A stretch of 25,737 nt of DNA from a virus (IMGVR_UViG_3300032247_000468:1-25737); one strand, 5' to 3'; counted from the stretch's first letter, positions 1-7,934 are shown. Notes: generated from the sequence alone by a model not told the origin. Numbers and translations are program-made.

Positions 1-83
1 ATCTCGAGCTGGTGCATGGCCGGCGAAAGCATCCGCAAACCCTGCGACCATCCACCTGGTCCTGCGAACAGATCAACAATCAC
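1..83 (-). CDS. C5 DNA cytosine methyltransferase, 5' end only (truncated by window edge)
   Basis: Not in the ORF track. GAAGGAG RBS, then GTG at 83, reading MIVDLFAGPGGWSQGLRMLSPAMHQLE. DLFAGxGG is motif I (SAM binding) at the N-terminus of C5 MTases. Confidence 0.8.
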   Translation of the reverse strand, partial: MIVDLFAGPGGWSQGLRMLSPAMHQLE

Positions 84-98
84 CCGTGTCTCCTTCGA

Positions 99-278
99 TC
101 AGTTCTGTTCAACAACCGGAATGAGGCTCGCACGATACAACAACTGTGCTTGCTGCATTACCTGTTGATGGTTTGTGTGTGATCCTGGAATTCGAATGCG
201 GTCTGCACCGTGTACCAGTTCGATCACCCAATAGTTGTTGCGATGGTCAAACCTGACTACCCAACTGATGTTCTCCAT
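99..278 (-). CDS. hypothetical protein (59 aa, MENISWVVRF...)
   Basis: ORF 99..353 trimmed to ATG 278, downstream of the 303-352 hairpin; fits operon packing. Confidence 0.6.
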   Translation of the reverse strand: MENISWVVRFDHRNNYWVIELVHGADRIRIPGSHTNHQQVMQQAQLLYRASLIPVVEQN

Positions 279-302
279 TGATGTGCTTTCTTTGATGTTG
301 AG

Positions 303-352
303 TGACCGGTGGTGACGTTGCACCCTCCCAAGCGCATTGTCACCACCGGTCA
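303..352. terminator. 14-bp perfect inverted repeat (hairpin; terminator or RNA-processing element)
   Basis: TGACCGGTGGTGAC (303-316) pairs with GTCACCACCGGTCA (339-352); intergenic; no U tract on the coding (minus) strand. Confidence 0.55.
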
Positions 353-359
353 AAACCGG

Positions 360-536
360 TCACTTTTGCGCGTAACCGCTGTGAATCAGATGGTTCAGAA
401 TCACCAATGATTGTGCAATGGAAATCAACGCCCATTGTGATGGTGAGTCTGTTGGTTCTGTGTACTCAGCGAGACGCACAGCGATTGCAACTGACGCTTC
501 AGCGTCCTGGATGTCTGTTTCGAATTGAAGACTCAT
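360..536 (-). CDS. hypothetical protein (58 aa, MSLQFETDIQDAEASV...)
   Basis: Translated by hand (below ORF-track cutoff). ATG lies 1 nt after the stop of the upstream gene and the ORF fills the gap exactly. Confidence 0.65.
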   Translation of the reverse strand: MSLQFETDIQDAEASVAIAVRLAEYTEPTDSPSQWALISIAQSLVILNHLIHSGYAQK

Positions 537-537
537 G

Positions 538-972
538 TCAGATCAGATCTTCGATGGTCGCAGAAGGCTTACCAGGCTCGAACTTCGCTTTGAACTGGTG
601 CGCACCGTTGTAACCCTTCGTTGTCGGTTCAGCATCCTCACCGCGTTGCACAATGAGAACACCACCAATCACATCATCAACCTTCGTGATTCCTGCATCA
701 GCAATCGCAGCCTTGATAGCAAAAATCATTGAGTACTTCGATGCGTACAGTTTCACATCCTCACCGGTTGATGTGTCAGTTGCGGTGATCACCAGCTGCT
801 TCAGTACCTGACCGGCCTTGTCCAGTTTCGGAACATCGGTACCGAATTCGTACTGGACTGCTGTGTCGATTTTCTGCACCTTCAACCGCACCTTGTCACC
901 GACAGTCTCGAACTTGACTGCTGGGAGTGTCGGTCCGGTTCCGGAGAACAGGAAATCTTCAATGTCACTCAT
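538..972 (-). CDS. putative ssDNA-binding protein (actinophage type)
   Basis: MSDIEDFLFSG..AVKFETVGD..Q.EFGT..P......KQLVIT pattern, acidic C-terminus (IEDLI), directly downstream of the exonuclease; start overlaps the upstream stop. Confidence 0.55.
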   Translation of the reverse strand: MSDIEDFLFSGTGPTLPAVKFETVGDKVRLKVQKIDTAVQYEFGTDVPKLDKAGQVLKQLVITATDTSTGEDVKLYASKYSMIFAIKAAIADAGITKVDDVIGGVLIVQRGEDAEPTTKGYNGAHQFKAKFEPGKPSATIEDLI

Positions 973-2491
973 GGGTTTCACCCGTTTCTGTTGATGGTTG
1001 CGACCTGATGAATTCGCAACCGGTTTCTGTGTAAAGCAAATGGTAGCCATTTGCGTTCAGTTCATCAGCAACTGAAATCATGTTGTGTGCTTCAACGAAT
1101 GAGAGTGAACCGATAACGTCACCTGGTCTGATTTCGGTTCTGACCGGTTCGTTTCGCACCAGCCACGCTGCTGCAACAGCAACTTGGTCATCCATGTGCG
1201 GTGCAAGTTTGATGAGTGCTGTGCAGATGGCATGCCGGCGTGCTGATGGGACACCACCGAACCCACCAAGTTTGATGGGATAGTTAGCGTCACCGCATTC
1301 TTTGATGATCTGTGAAAGCCATATGTACTCCGCATCAGTCAACTGTTTTGCAACCAGGTTCAGTTCGGTCACAGTTTGTTCTGACACTTCACCAACTTCG
1401 TCCGGTGTGGGTCGACGCTTGTACGGTTCCGGTTCGGATTCCACATCAGCATTTTGTGGTTCGAGCAGATCCGGTTGGATGGGGAACGCTGCTTCTGCTT
1501 GACGTTCAACCCTGCCAACAACATGTTCAATCGTAGATTTTTGGTCTGCTGTGTACTCGAGCTGTGTTGACAGTTTAGGTATCTCCACCGGCCACATGTC
1601 AGCGACCAGTTGCCCGTAACCGTCTGCCATCAACTGTTTGATTCGATCGACCATCCAGGTACGCCAGGGGTCACCGGCTGCTGCGACACGTTCCGCTTTC
1701 ACAGCCAGTTCTGATGCACGATTCACCACAACCGGTTCCAGTTTCGTCAACGGTTTCTGCTTCCGCATCGACCGGACCCCTAACGCCAACTGGAGCGCAC
1801 CCAACCCAACTGTTAGATCCAGTTTGTAGATGGTGCAGGTTTCATCATCCGGTTGGATGTGAATGATTACACCTTCAGTTTGGGACACATCCCACATGGG
1901 TGTGTGCTGTTCGCCGTCATAGAACGTTTCTGACAGCGCATAGCAGCACAGTTGGATTGCGAAACCCAACGCACCGTAATCCATTGATGCACCTGTCTTC
2001 AGGTCTGCAATGAACCTGGTTGTTCCATCTGTGACGCACAGATCAAACGAACCAGCTGTTTTGAACTGTTTGTTGACAACGAACCGTTCGAACGAGTCCG
2101 GTACCACAGACAGACCACATTTGCGTAGTTGTTCGTTGACTGCTCGAACGTGACCGGCAAACTGGGCTGGTGGCTGATAGTCAGGGTCAGACCAGGAACA
2201 TTCCATGACTTTGTGGATGGCTGTTCCCAGTTCGCGTCTCAATGTTGCACCACCAGCTTCACCGGCACGTTCACACAAATCGTTGACTGCTTTGCGGTCT
2301 GTGCGGTCGATGGTTTGCATCATTGCGAGAAGATCAGGTCTGTCTGCGAGTCCGAATGCAACTGTGCGCTGACCCCATTTCATCAACCCACCTTGATCAT
2401 CAAGGGTTTTCCCAAGTGTCGATGGCCGCGTATACGGTTCACCATCCACAATCGGACGTTTGAACCGGTCCCGTTTGATCTTGTCTGTCAT
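965..2491 (-). CDS. PD-(D/E)XK (RecB/Cas4-like) exonuclease with C-terminal extension
   Basis: GTAIH, AGSFD, IADLKTG and QLCCY motifs in the N-terminal half; GGGAG RBS before ATG 2491. Confidence 0.75.
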   Translation of the reverse strand: MTDKIKRDRFKRPIVDGEPYTRPSTLGKTLDDQGGLMKWGQRTVAFGLADRPDLLAMMQTIDRTDRKAVNDLCERAGEAGGATLRRELGTAIHKVMECSWSDPDYQPPAQFAGHVRAVNEQLRKCGLSVVPDSFERFVVNKQFKTAGSFDLCVTDGTTRFIADLKTGASMDYGALGFAIQLCCYALSETFYDGEQHTPMWDVSQTEGVIIHIQPDDETCTIYKLDLTVGLGALQLALGVRSMRKQKPLTKLEPVVVNRASELAVKAERVAAAGDPWRTWMVDRIKQLMADGYGQLVADMWPVEIPKLSTQLEYTADQKSTIEHVVGRVERQAEAAFPIQPDLLEPQNADVESEPEPYKRRPTPDEVGEVSEQTVTELNLVAKQLTDAEYIWLSQIIKECGDANYPIKLGGFGGVPSARRHAICTALIKLAPHMDDQVAVAAAWLVRNEPVRTEIRPGDVIGSLSFVEAHNMISVADELNANGYHLLYTETGCEFIRSQPSTETGETHE

Positions 2492-2901
2492 TGTGTCTCC
2501 CATTCTTCGAAGGTCACATCAGTATCTTCACCAGGTGTGACAGTCTGTTCCCGTAGTGTTCGCCGGCGGTCAAGTTCACGCTGATAGGTGGTGAAAGCAG
2601 TTCTGCAATCATCACATCGACACCCGTAGTTGTAGCGTTTCGCAGTCCCACATTGCGTCCATTGCGCTTTGCTATTTGGGTTTCGCATGATTCTGCGACG
2701 CACAGCATTCGTCCCAGCCCAAATACCAAAACGTTCATCATTTTCCATGATGTGCTGTGTGCAAGGTTCACGAACCGGACAGGTCGAACAGATAGCGACC
2801 GCTTCACGAAACGATTTCGAGTCACCTTGTTCAGGAAAAAACAAATCCGTTTTTCCTTTGCACGCTGCTTCTTCGGTCCATGCACCCATAATGATTTTCA
2901 T
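2488..2901 (-). CDS. whiB: WhiB family Fe-S transcription factor
   Basis: W...AAC...DLFFP...C..CPV...C...ERFGIWAG with four conserved Cys; CACGGGAG RBS before ATG 2901. Confidence 0.92.
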   Translation of the reverse strand: MKIIMGAWTEEAACKGKTDLFFPEQGDSKSFREAVAICSTCPVREPCTQHIMENDERFGIWAGTNAVRRRIMRNPNSKAQWTQCGTAKRYNYGCRCDDCRTAFTTYQRELDRRRTLREQTVTPGEDTDVTFEEWETQ

Positions 2902-3071
2902 TGAATCTCCCGTGTGAGTCGTGTTGCGAGACGCGCAGAAACTCTGATCCACAATTTTGTGCGCCGGTTTGATTCCAACAGTTGTTGTTCCAACCAGTTG
3001 ATCTGTTTGTTTTGTGTTTCGATCAGTTCGAGCAGTCGCACCAGTTCATGGTGTTTGCGTCGCAGGATCAT
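2898..3071 (-). CDS. hypothetical coiled-coil protein (57 aa, MILRRKHHELVRLLEL...)
   Basis: Translated by hand; ATGA overlaps with both neighbours. Confidence 0.65.
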   Translation of the reverse strand: MILRRKHHELVRLLELIETQNKQINWLEQQLLESNRRTKLWIRVSARLATRLTREIQ

Positions 3072-3277
3072 GGTGAATGCAGGAGCCGTTGAACCTGAAT
3101 GTTCAACAGGTCAACCTGCGAATCGAGCTGTCCGATTCGAGTATGAATCGTGTCGATCAGGTCTGCTGCGTCCAACATGGTTTCTGCTTGTTCTGCTTCA
3201 GCGTTTACTGCTGCGAGTCGCAACCGAACAACCATGACCGCAGCAGCATTCGTGAGGATGTCTGTTTCATTGACCAT
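3068..3277 (-). CDS. hypothetical helical protein (69 aa, MVNETDILT...)
   Basis: GGAAGGA RBS upstream of ATG 3277; overlaps the resolvase stop. Confidence 0.65.
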   Translation of the reverse strand: MVNETDILTNAAAVMVVRLRLAAVNAEAEQAETMLDAADLIDTIHTRIGQLDSQVDLLNIQVQRLLHSP

Positions 3278-3614
3278 TTTTGGTTCCTTCCATGAGTCGC
3301 ATGAACGCGTAACCATCCATGACCACATAGCTGTGTCCTGGATCTGTGGTTCCACGTTTCTTGATCCACACCACACCGGTGGTGCGTGACGCATTCACAG
3401 CTTGTGTGTTTACGTCACGCACCCAACCGGCCAGTTCGATGCGCTGACAGTTCTTCGCTTGAATCGCCGGCCAAACAGGGTCACCAACGAAGATGTCACC
3501 TTGGTCATCTTCCGCACCGGCTGGGATTCTTTGCGCACGTTTCCCATGTTTGCGTAGGAACGTGACTATCGCAGTTTCCCATGATGACCCTTTGCGTTTG
3601 GCTGGGTTGGTCAT
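3267..3614 (-). CDS. Holliday junction resolvase (Hjc-like, PD-(D/E)XK)
   Basis: MTNPAKRKGSSWE...DQGDI...IQAKN...WVRD..TQA.NA...VWIKKRG pattern typical of actinophage resolvases. Confidence 0.85.
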   Translation of the reverse strand: MTNPAKRKGSSWETAIVTFLRKHGKRAQRIPAGAEDDQGDIFVGDPVWPAIQAKNCQRIELAGWVRDVNTQAVNASRTTGVVWIKKRGTTDPGHSYVVMDGYAFMRLMEGTKNGQ

Positions 3615-3838
3615 CAGTCTCGAACTTTGATCTGCCACCACAAGGTGACGATTCCGGTGATGATCATGTACCCACCAACCCACATTGCGGTTTGGATCAC
3701 ATTGAACGTGCAGATAGATTCAACCAACGCACCTGCAAAGAAGATTGCGGTGATGATGATTGGCAGAATCAGCCAACTGAACACACTTTCGTGCTGTTCT
3801 TTGGTCATCCACGGTCGGTGGCAGGTTTCGCAGCGCAT
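3614..3838 (-). CDS. small two-TM membrane protein
   Basis: Two hydrophobic segments (WLILPIIITAIFFAGALV; MWVGGYMIITGIVTLWW); N-terminal CxxC. Confidence 0.65.
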   Translation of the reverse strand: MRCETCHRPWMTKEQHESVFSWLILPIIITAIFFAGALVESICTFNVIQTAMWVGGYMIITGIVTLWWQIKVRD

Positions 3839-3846
3839 CTTGGTTC

Positions 3847-4287
3847 CTAGCGCTGTTCGTCGGATGCCATCACACGCGTTTCGCGACGTGTCACATCCAG
3901 TCCGGCCAGTTCTGCACGGTTGATCCGGAAACCCTTACCAGGTCCGTCGGTGGCTGCTACGAGTCGACCTGCACGCACCCAATTGCGGATGGTCTGTCCG
4001 GTGACACCCATGATTTCTGCTGCTTCAGTCACCGTGCAGGTTTCAGACTCGAATTCGTCTGTCACGCCGGTCTGCTCGATGTTCGTGTTGTCTTCCATGA
4101 TGCTGGTGTTTCCTTCCGTGTTGGTTTTGCTGCTGGTTTGCAGCTGTTGGAGTGCAACCAAATCGTTGGTTGCGTTATGGAGCGTCTGTCGCAAAGGATG
4201 CTGTGGGAATGATCCCACCAAACGTTCCAGTTCTGTGGTGTAGAAACGCAGTTCTTGGATCTGCGTTTCAAGATCTTGTGGGTCCAT
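3847..4287 (-). CDS. excisionase/MerR-like helix-turn-helix DNA-binding protein (alternative start 4098)
   Basis: TVTEAAEIMGVTGQTIRNWVRAGRL...FRI is a classic HTH_17-type motif; in-frame ATG 4098 has its own GGAAGGA RBS. Confidence 0.85.
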   Translation of the reverse strand: MDPQDLETQIQELRFYTTELERLVGSFPQHPLRQTLHNATNDLVALQQLQTSSKTNTEGNTSIMEDNTNIEQTGVTDEFESETCTVTEAAEIMGVTGQTIRNWVRAGRLVAATDGPGKGFRINRAELAGLDVTRRETRVMASDEQR

Positions 4288-4493
4288 CAGTTCACTCGTG
4301 CATGTTCGATGGCTCCGTTGAACGCTGCACGGTCAGTTGGGTACGGACCAACTGTTGTGATGTGGTTTCCTGCGTCATCTGCAAGGTCAGCGTAGTAACC
4401 AGGTGAAATCCAACCATATGGGACCGGTTTCAGATACACGCAGATGGTGTGACCGGTCCAAATGGTTGTGGTGTCTTTCAAGTCGACGTACAT
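4287..4493 (-). CDS. hypothetical protein (68 aa)
   Basis: Preceded by the start-associated repeat AACACGGGAGAACACATC-ATG. Confidence 0.75.
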   Translation of the reverse strand: MYVDLKDTTTIWTGHTICVYLKPVPYGWISPGYYADLADDAGNHITTVGPYPTDRAAFNGAIEHARVN

Positions 4494-4522
4494 GATGTGT
4501 TCTCCCGTGTTGTGTGTGTCGG

Positions 4523-4750
4523 TCAGTCGTTCTTCAGATGCTGATACAGAACATCCATCGCAGCATCAATGTCATCTTCACCGTTGATGCCCAAATCCTC
4601 ATCAACACCCATGTGGAATTCGTACAGTTCTTCCCACACCGAGTCACCATCATCATGGATGCATTCAAGCAGTTCATCCAACCCACCGTGTGACTCGTAG
4701 TCAGCAACGAACAGTTCGACCAGCCGAACGATTCCATCAAAGTTGTCCAT
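4523..4750 (-). CDS. highly acidic hypothetical protein (75 aa)
   Basis: GGGAGAAGAAGTC-ATG start at 4750; 23 D/E versus 2 K/R. Confidence 0.75.
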   Translation of the reverse strand: MDNFDGIVRLVELFVADYESHGGLDELLECIHDDGDSVWEELYEFHMGVDEDLGINGEDDIDAAMDVLYQHLKND

Positions 4751-4776
4751 GACTTCTTCTCCCATTGTCCGATTCG

Positions 4777-5004
4777 TCACCACAGACGAACACGCTTGCC
4801 AGTACCAGCGAACTTGTCCGGCCACACCTGATCACGCAGTTGATCCCATGTCAGATCCTGCGCAGCTTCAGTCACGCTCACACCCAAACCGTCACGCTGC
4901 TCATCAGCAACAAACCGGTCACATGACTTCTTCGAACCAATCCAAATTCGAACTGGTTGACCATCAGGGTCATATGAGACTGCTTGGAATCTTGGTTCAC
5001 CCAT
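4777..5004 (-). CDS. hypothetical protein (75 aa, MGEPRFQAVS...)
   Basis: Preceded by AACACGGGAGAACAAGTC-ATG. Confidence 0.75.
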   Translation of the reverse strand: MGEPRFQAVSYDPDGQPVRIWIGSKKSCDRFVADEQRDGLGVSVTEAAQDLTWDQLRDQVWPDKFAGTGKRVRLW

Positions 5005-5030
5005 GACTTGTTCTCCCGTGTTCGTTTTCG

Positions 5031-5234
5031 TCAGTCGACTTTGACTGTGATGGTGAACGCACGAACGTTCAAAGGATGACCTGCACCAAGATAGGTGGAC
5101 CACCCAACCACAGTTTGTTGGTTTCTGTTGATGCTGATGTGTTCCATGGATTGCCCAACTGGTGATTCAGCAAGACCATTTGCGACGTACACAGCAAGGT
5201 TGGTGTTGGTCAGGTTAATTGTGTCTGTGTTCAT
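5031..5234 (-). CDS. hypothetical protein (67 aa, MNTDTINLT...)
   Basis: Preceded by AACACGGGAGAACACATA-ATG. Confidence 0.75.
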   Translation of the reverse strand: MNTDTINLTNTNLAVYVANGLAESPVGQSMEHISINRNQQTVVGWSTYLGAGHPLNVRAFTITVKVD

Positions 5235-5263
5235 TATGTGTTCTCCCGTGTTCGTGTTGATGA

Positions 5264-5470
5264 TCAAAGTGTGTGCGCTTCAGCAACCATGGCTGCGTGT
5301 GCGACGGTCGCAAATGAGTACCAGCGGACAAACTGTCCGGTGGTGCTGTTGTAAAGACGGTAACCAGAACCGGCTGCGCTGAAGCAACCGTTGGTTCCTA
5401 CGATTGGTGTGACCTTGAAACCAAAATCAAAGATGTTGCTGAAGTCATTGGTGATGGTGGTAGTTCCCAT
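5264..5470 (-). CDS. hypothetical protein (68 aa, MGTTTITNDF...)
   Basis: Preceded by AACACAGGAGAACACATC-ATG; first gene after the late terminator. Confidence 0.75.
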   Translation of the reverse strand: MGTTTITNDFSNIFDFGFKVTPIVGTNGCFSAAGSGYRLYNSTTGQFVRWYSFATVAHAAMVAEAHTL

Positions 5471-5514
5471 GATGTGTTCTCCTGTGTTGTGGTGACCCTT
5501 TTGGCCACACACAA

Positions 5515-5543
5515 ATTCAACCACACCTTTGCAAAGAATGCAA
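5515..5543 (-). promoter_or_regulatory. possible early promoter with palindromic operator in the spacer
   Basis: TTGCAT-17 nt-TTGAAT with an extended TGn; the spacer holds the palindrome CTTTGCAAAG (5527-5536). The -10 match is imperfect. Confidence 0.35.
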
Positions 5544-5576
5544 GAACCAGTTTTGAAGGCTCGAGCTGTAGACATG

Positions 5577-5617
5577 AAAAAGACCGGAAACCGTAGGCGT
5601 CCCTAGGGTTTCCGGTC
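5577..5617 (-). terminator. intrinsic terminator ending the late/structural operon
   Basis: GACCGGAAACC (5582-5592) / GGTTTCCGGTC (5607-5617) stem plus 4 inner bp, followed on the minus strand by TTTTT; lies ~100 nt after the tail fibre stop. Confidence 0.8.
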
Positions 5618-5714
5618 CAATTCCGGTCCATCAACTATGGGTTTGTGAGTCGACCTACCCAGGTCAACTGGTGCCAATCAGCGTCACAGGAAAACGCTGT
5701 GATGAACCGGTGAG

Positions 5715-7934
5715 CTACGAACCACGAATCCACAACTGGGCTGCAACAGCCGTGATGGACGAAGTAGACGTTGGAAGAGTCGAACCAGTAGCGGTCGCAG
5801 ACAACCTAGGCGCCAACGGTGTAGCCAAAATACCAATGTTCGAGCCGTTGATAGCGACAGTACCGCTGTGATTCGAAAGGACCGCAATCGCATACCTGGT
5901 TCCAGCAGTCATCGTGTAACTGGAAGACAGATTGATCGAACGCAAACCTGTGGAACCCAACCATGTGGTGTTCGTCGGACTCGAAGGAGTCGACGCAGCC
6001 AAGGTCAACGTGGTCCCATCCCAAGTGTAAATCCCAGCGAAACAAGATGAGATTGTTCCGGCTGTGGTCACAACCACATTGATGGACGAAACAGTCACAT
6101 CCCACATAGGAGAAACAAAAGTGAACCAAACTGTTCCGGTTGGGACTGTGATTGCGTTCGCAACAACGAACCTTGGGATGGTTTCGACGTTTGATGTTGT
6201 GGTCCCCAACCATCCTGCAAGCAACGTGTTCGTCACAGCAGTCCCACTAATTTTGGAGGCTGCAATGGCTGCGCTCGAAGACACGTTTGCGTCTGTGATC
6301 TGTGACCATTTCAAACCGGTGGTTTGTGTGGAGTCAGCAACCAGGACTGTTGCGTCGGAACCAACAGCACGTCTAGTCAAACCCAAACTGGTGCGTGCCA
6401 GTAGGTCACCTTTCGTTGTCAATGTTGACTTTGGGACCAATAATGCATCTTGGGTTTCAACATAGGCACGCAGATCTTCGACTGCGGTGAGCGCTGAAAC
6501 AGTTTCTGTTGCTTTGAACGCAGCGAAGTCACCAACCGCAACATGGCCGGCGTTGGTCGGATGCAGTTGGTCATTAGTCCAACCGAACGGATCTGTTTTG
6601 ACTGAACCGGTCAGTTCAGCCCAATCCCAAATAGCCCAGTTGTTAGTGGATGCTGCGCTGTACAGCTCAGTCAACCTGGTAGCCCAGTCGCTATCGGTCT
6701 GCTGTGTGTTTGATGGTGGCACCAGCAACGCAAATGATGGTGCAGGGTTCCCACCTGCAACCACAGCGTTGATGATGTTCGTGATCATGGTTGAAACAGT
6801 CGATGTGAAATCTGTTGCAACGATTTGGTTCGAACCGAGTGCAACAACCACCAATGAGACTTCTAGACCATTCGCAACAGAATCACCTTCCTGAACGTTC
6901 GTGCGCAGAATTTGCCATGCATCTGTACCAAGACTGCTCGAACCCTGCGAAACCCAATCATCAAAATTTGTTCCATAAAGTGAACTGTTGAAAACACGGA
7001 CACCTTGGTTTTCGTCACCGTCATAGACGTACGCACCGTCAAGAACGATTGCGCCACCGGACGCTGTGACAGTCAACGTGTAGGTTCCACGCGTCAACGA
7101 AGACGCACCGGTTTGTGCGACGTTTTCAGCGTTGGTGCCAATTGCAGTTGTGACGGTCCCAAGGGTTCCGGATGCGACCACGGTGCTGTTCGAGTCGGTA
7201 ATGGTGAAAACCATTGACCCACCAGGAACATTGCGTCGACGATAGAAAATCTGCACACCGGTTCCGGTGAAGGTAAGTGTTGCTGTTGCACCGGACAGCA
7301 TTGTCACAGCCTGCAAACCCAAACCTTTCGATTTGGTACCAACCGTGTTTGGTGATGTGGTGCCGGTGAAACTGAACCGTGGTGACCTTGCAGACCCACG
7401 ATATGCAACAACGTATTCACCAACGCGACCTTGCACATTCGCAGCTTGGGCAAGGTTCGCAGCAAATCGTTTCACCATGATCTGCTCGTATGTACCAGCG
7501 TCACCAGGTGACCCGTTGAAACCTTCACCAATCGAATCCCCAACCCACAAAACATTTGTTGTGGATTGGGTGCTGGTGTTCTTCATCCCATAACGAACCA
7601 ATGCAAAATTCTTGTTCCACCGTCGCAAAGGTGCAACACCTTCGCGTTGGATTACCGCATCGACTGCTGGTGTGGAAAGCGCAACAGTTTTCGTGATTGC
7701 GTTGTAAGTGACCGGTGTGGTGGCTGTGATGACACCTGTGTCACCTGTGTCACCTTTGGCTCCAGTCGGACCGGTGACACCTGTGGCACCGGTTGAACCC
7801 TGTGGTCCTTGTGGACCGGTTGGACCTGCAACGCCCACAGCCACAACATCAGCATCCGCAAATGTCAGCTCAAGCGTCCGGTCATCGGAACGCAACGTCA
7901 CATCATGTTGTGTGACAGTCACATCACGGTTCAC
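5715..7934 (-). CDS. tail fibre/spike with collagen-like repeat and SGNH/GDSL hydrolase domain
   Basis: Gly-X-Y run GPTGPQGPQGSTGATGVTGPTGAKGDTGDTG; SGNH blocks WVGDS, LGSN and DQLHP; TTKGDLLA fibre motif; beta-rich C-terminus. Confidence 0.8.
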   Translation of the reverse strand: MNRDVTVTQHDVTLRSDDRTLELTFADADVVAVGVAGPTGPQGPQGSTGATGVTGPTGAKGDTGDTGVITATTPVTYNAITKTVALSTPAVDAVIQREGVAPLRRWNKNFALVRYGMKNTSTQSTTNVLWVGDSIGEGFNGSPGDAGTYEQIMVKRFAANLAQAANVQGRVGEYVVAYRGSARSPRFSFTGTTSPNTVGTKSKGLGLQAVTMLSGATATLTFTGTGVQIFYRRRNVPGGSMVFTITDSNSTVVASGTLGTVTTAIGTNAENVAQTGASSLTRGTYTLTVTASGGAIVLDGAYVYDGDENQGVRVFNSSLYGTNFDDWVSQGSSSLGTDAWQILRTNVQEGDSVANGLEVSLVVVALGSNQIVATDFTSTVSTMITNIINAVVAGGNPAPSFALLVPPSNTQQTDSDWATRLTELYSAASTNNWAIWDWAELTGSVKTDPFGWTNDQLHPTNAGHVAVGDFAAFKATETVSALTAVEDLRAYVETQDALLVPKSTLTTKGDLLARTSLGLTRRAVGSDATVLVADSTQTTGLKWSQITDANVSSSAAIAASKISGTAVTNTLLAGWLGTTTSNVETIPRFVVANAITVPTGTVWFTFVSPMWDVTVSSINVVVTTAGTISSCFAGIYTWDGTTLTLAASTPSSPTNTTWLGSTGLRSINLSSSYTMTAGTRYAIAVLSNHSGTVAINGSNIGILATPLAPRLSATATGSTLPTSTSSITAVAAQLWIRGS

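Larger units (their letters stand above)
4491..5490 (-). repeat. start-associated dispersed repeat, consensus AACACGGGAGAACAcaTC-ATG (5 copies, one degenerate)
   Basis: Copies end at ATGs 5470, 5234, 5004, 4750 (degenerate) and 4493 with identical SD-to-ATG spacing; weaker relatives before 4098 and 2901. Confidence 0.85.

Noticed and set aside
965-2491. Cas4-like nuclease as evidence of a CRISPR system
   Set aside because: No Cas4 Fe-S cysteine cluster evident and the context is the phage recombination module.
3847-4098. Excisionase implying a temperate lifestyle or prophage boundary
   Set aside because: No integrase, att site, repressor or host genes in the window; this HTH family is also common in lytic phages.
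4491-5490. Repeat array considered as a CRISPR array or integron attC cassettes
   Set aside because: Repeats are ~20 nt, degenerate, non-palindromic, contain the SD, and are separated by >200-nt ORFs; no cas or integrase gene in the window.
7730-7830. Short repeated units such as GACACCTGTG/TCACCTGTG
   Set aside because: Explained by collagen Gly-X-Y coding; no reverse transcriptase or template/variable repeat pair suggesting a DGR.
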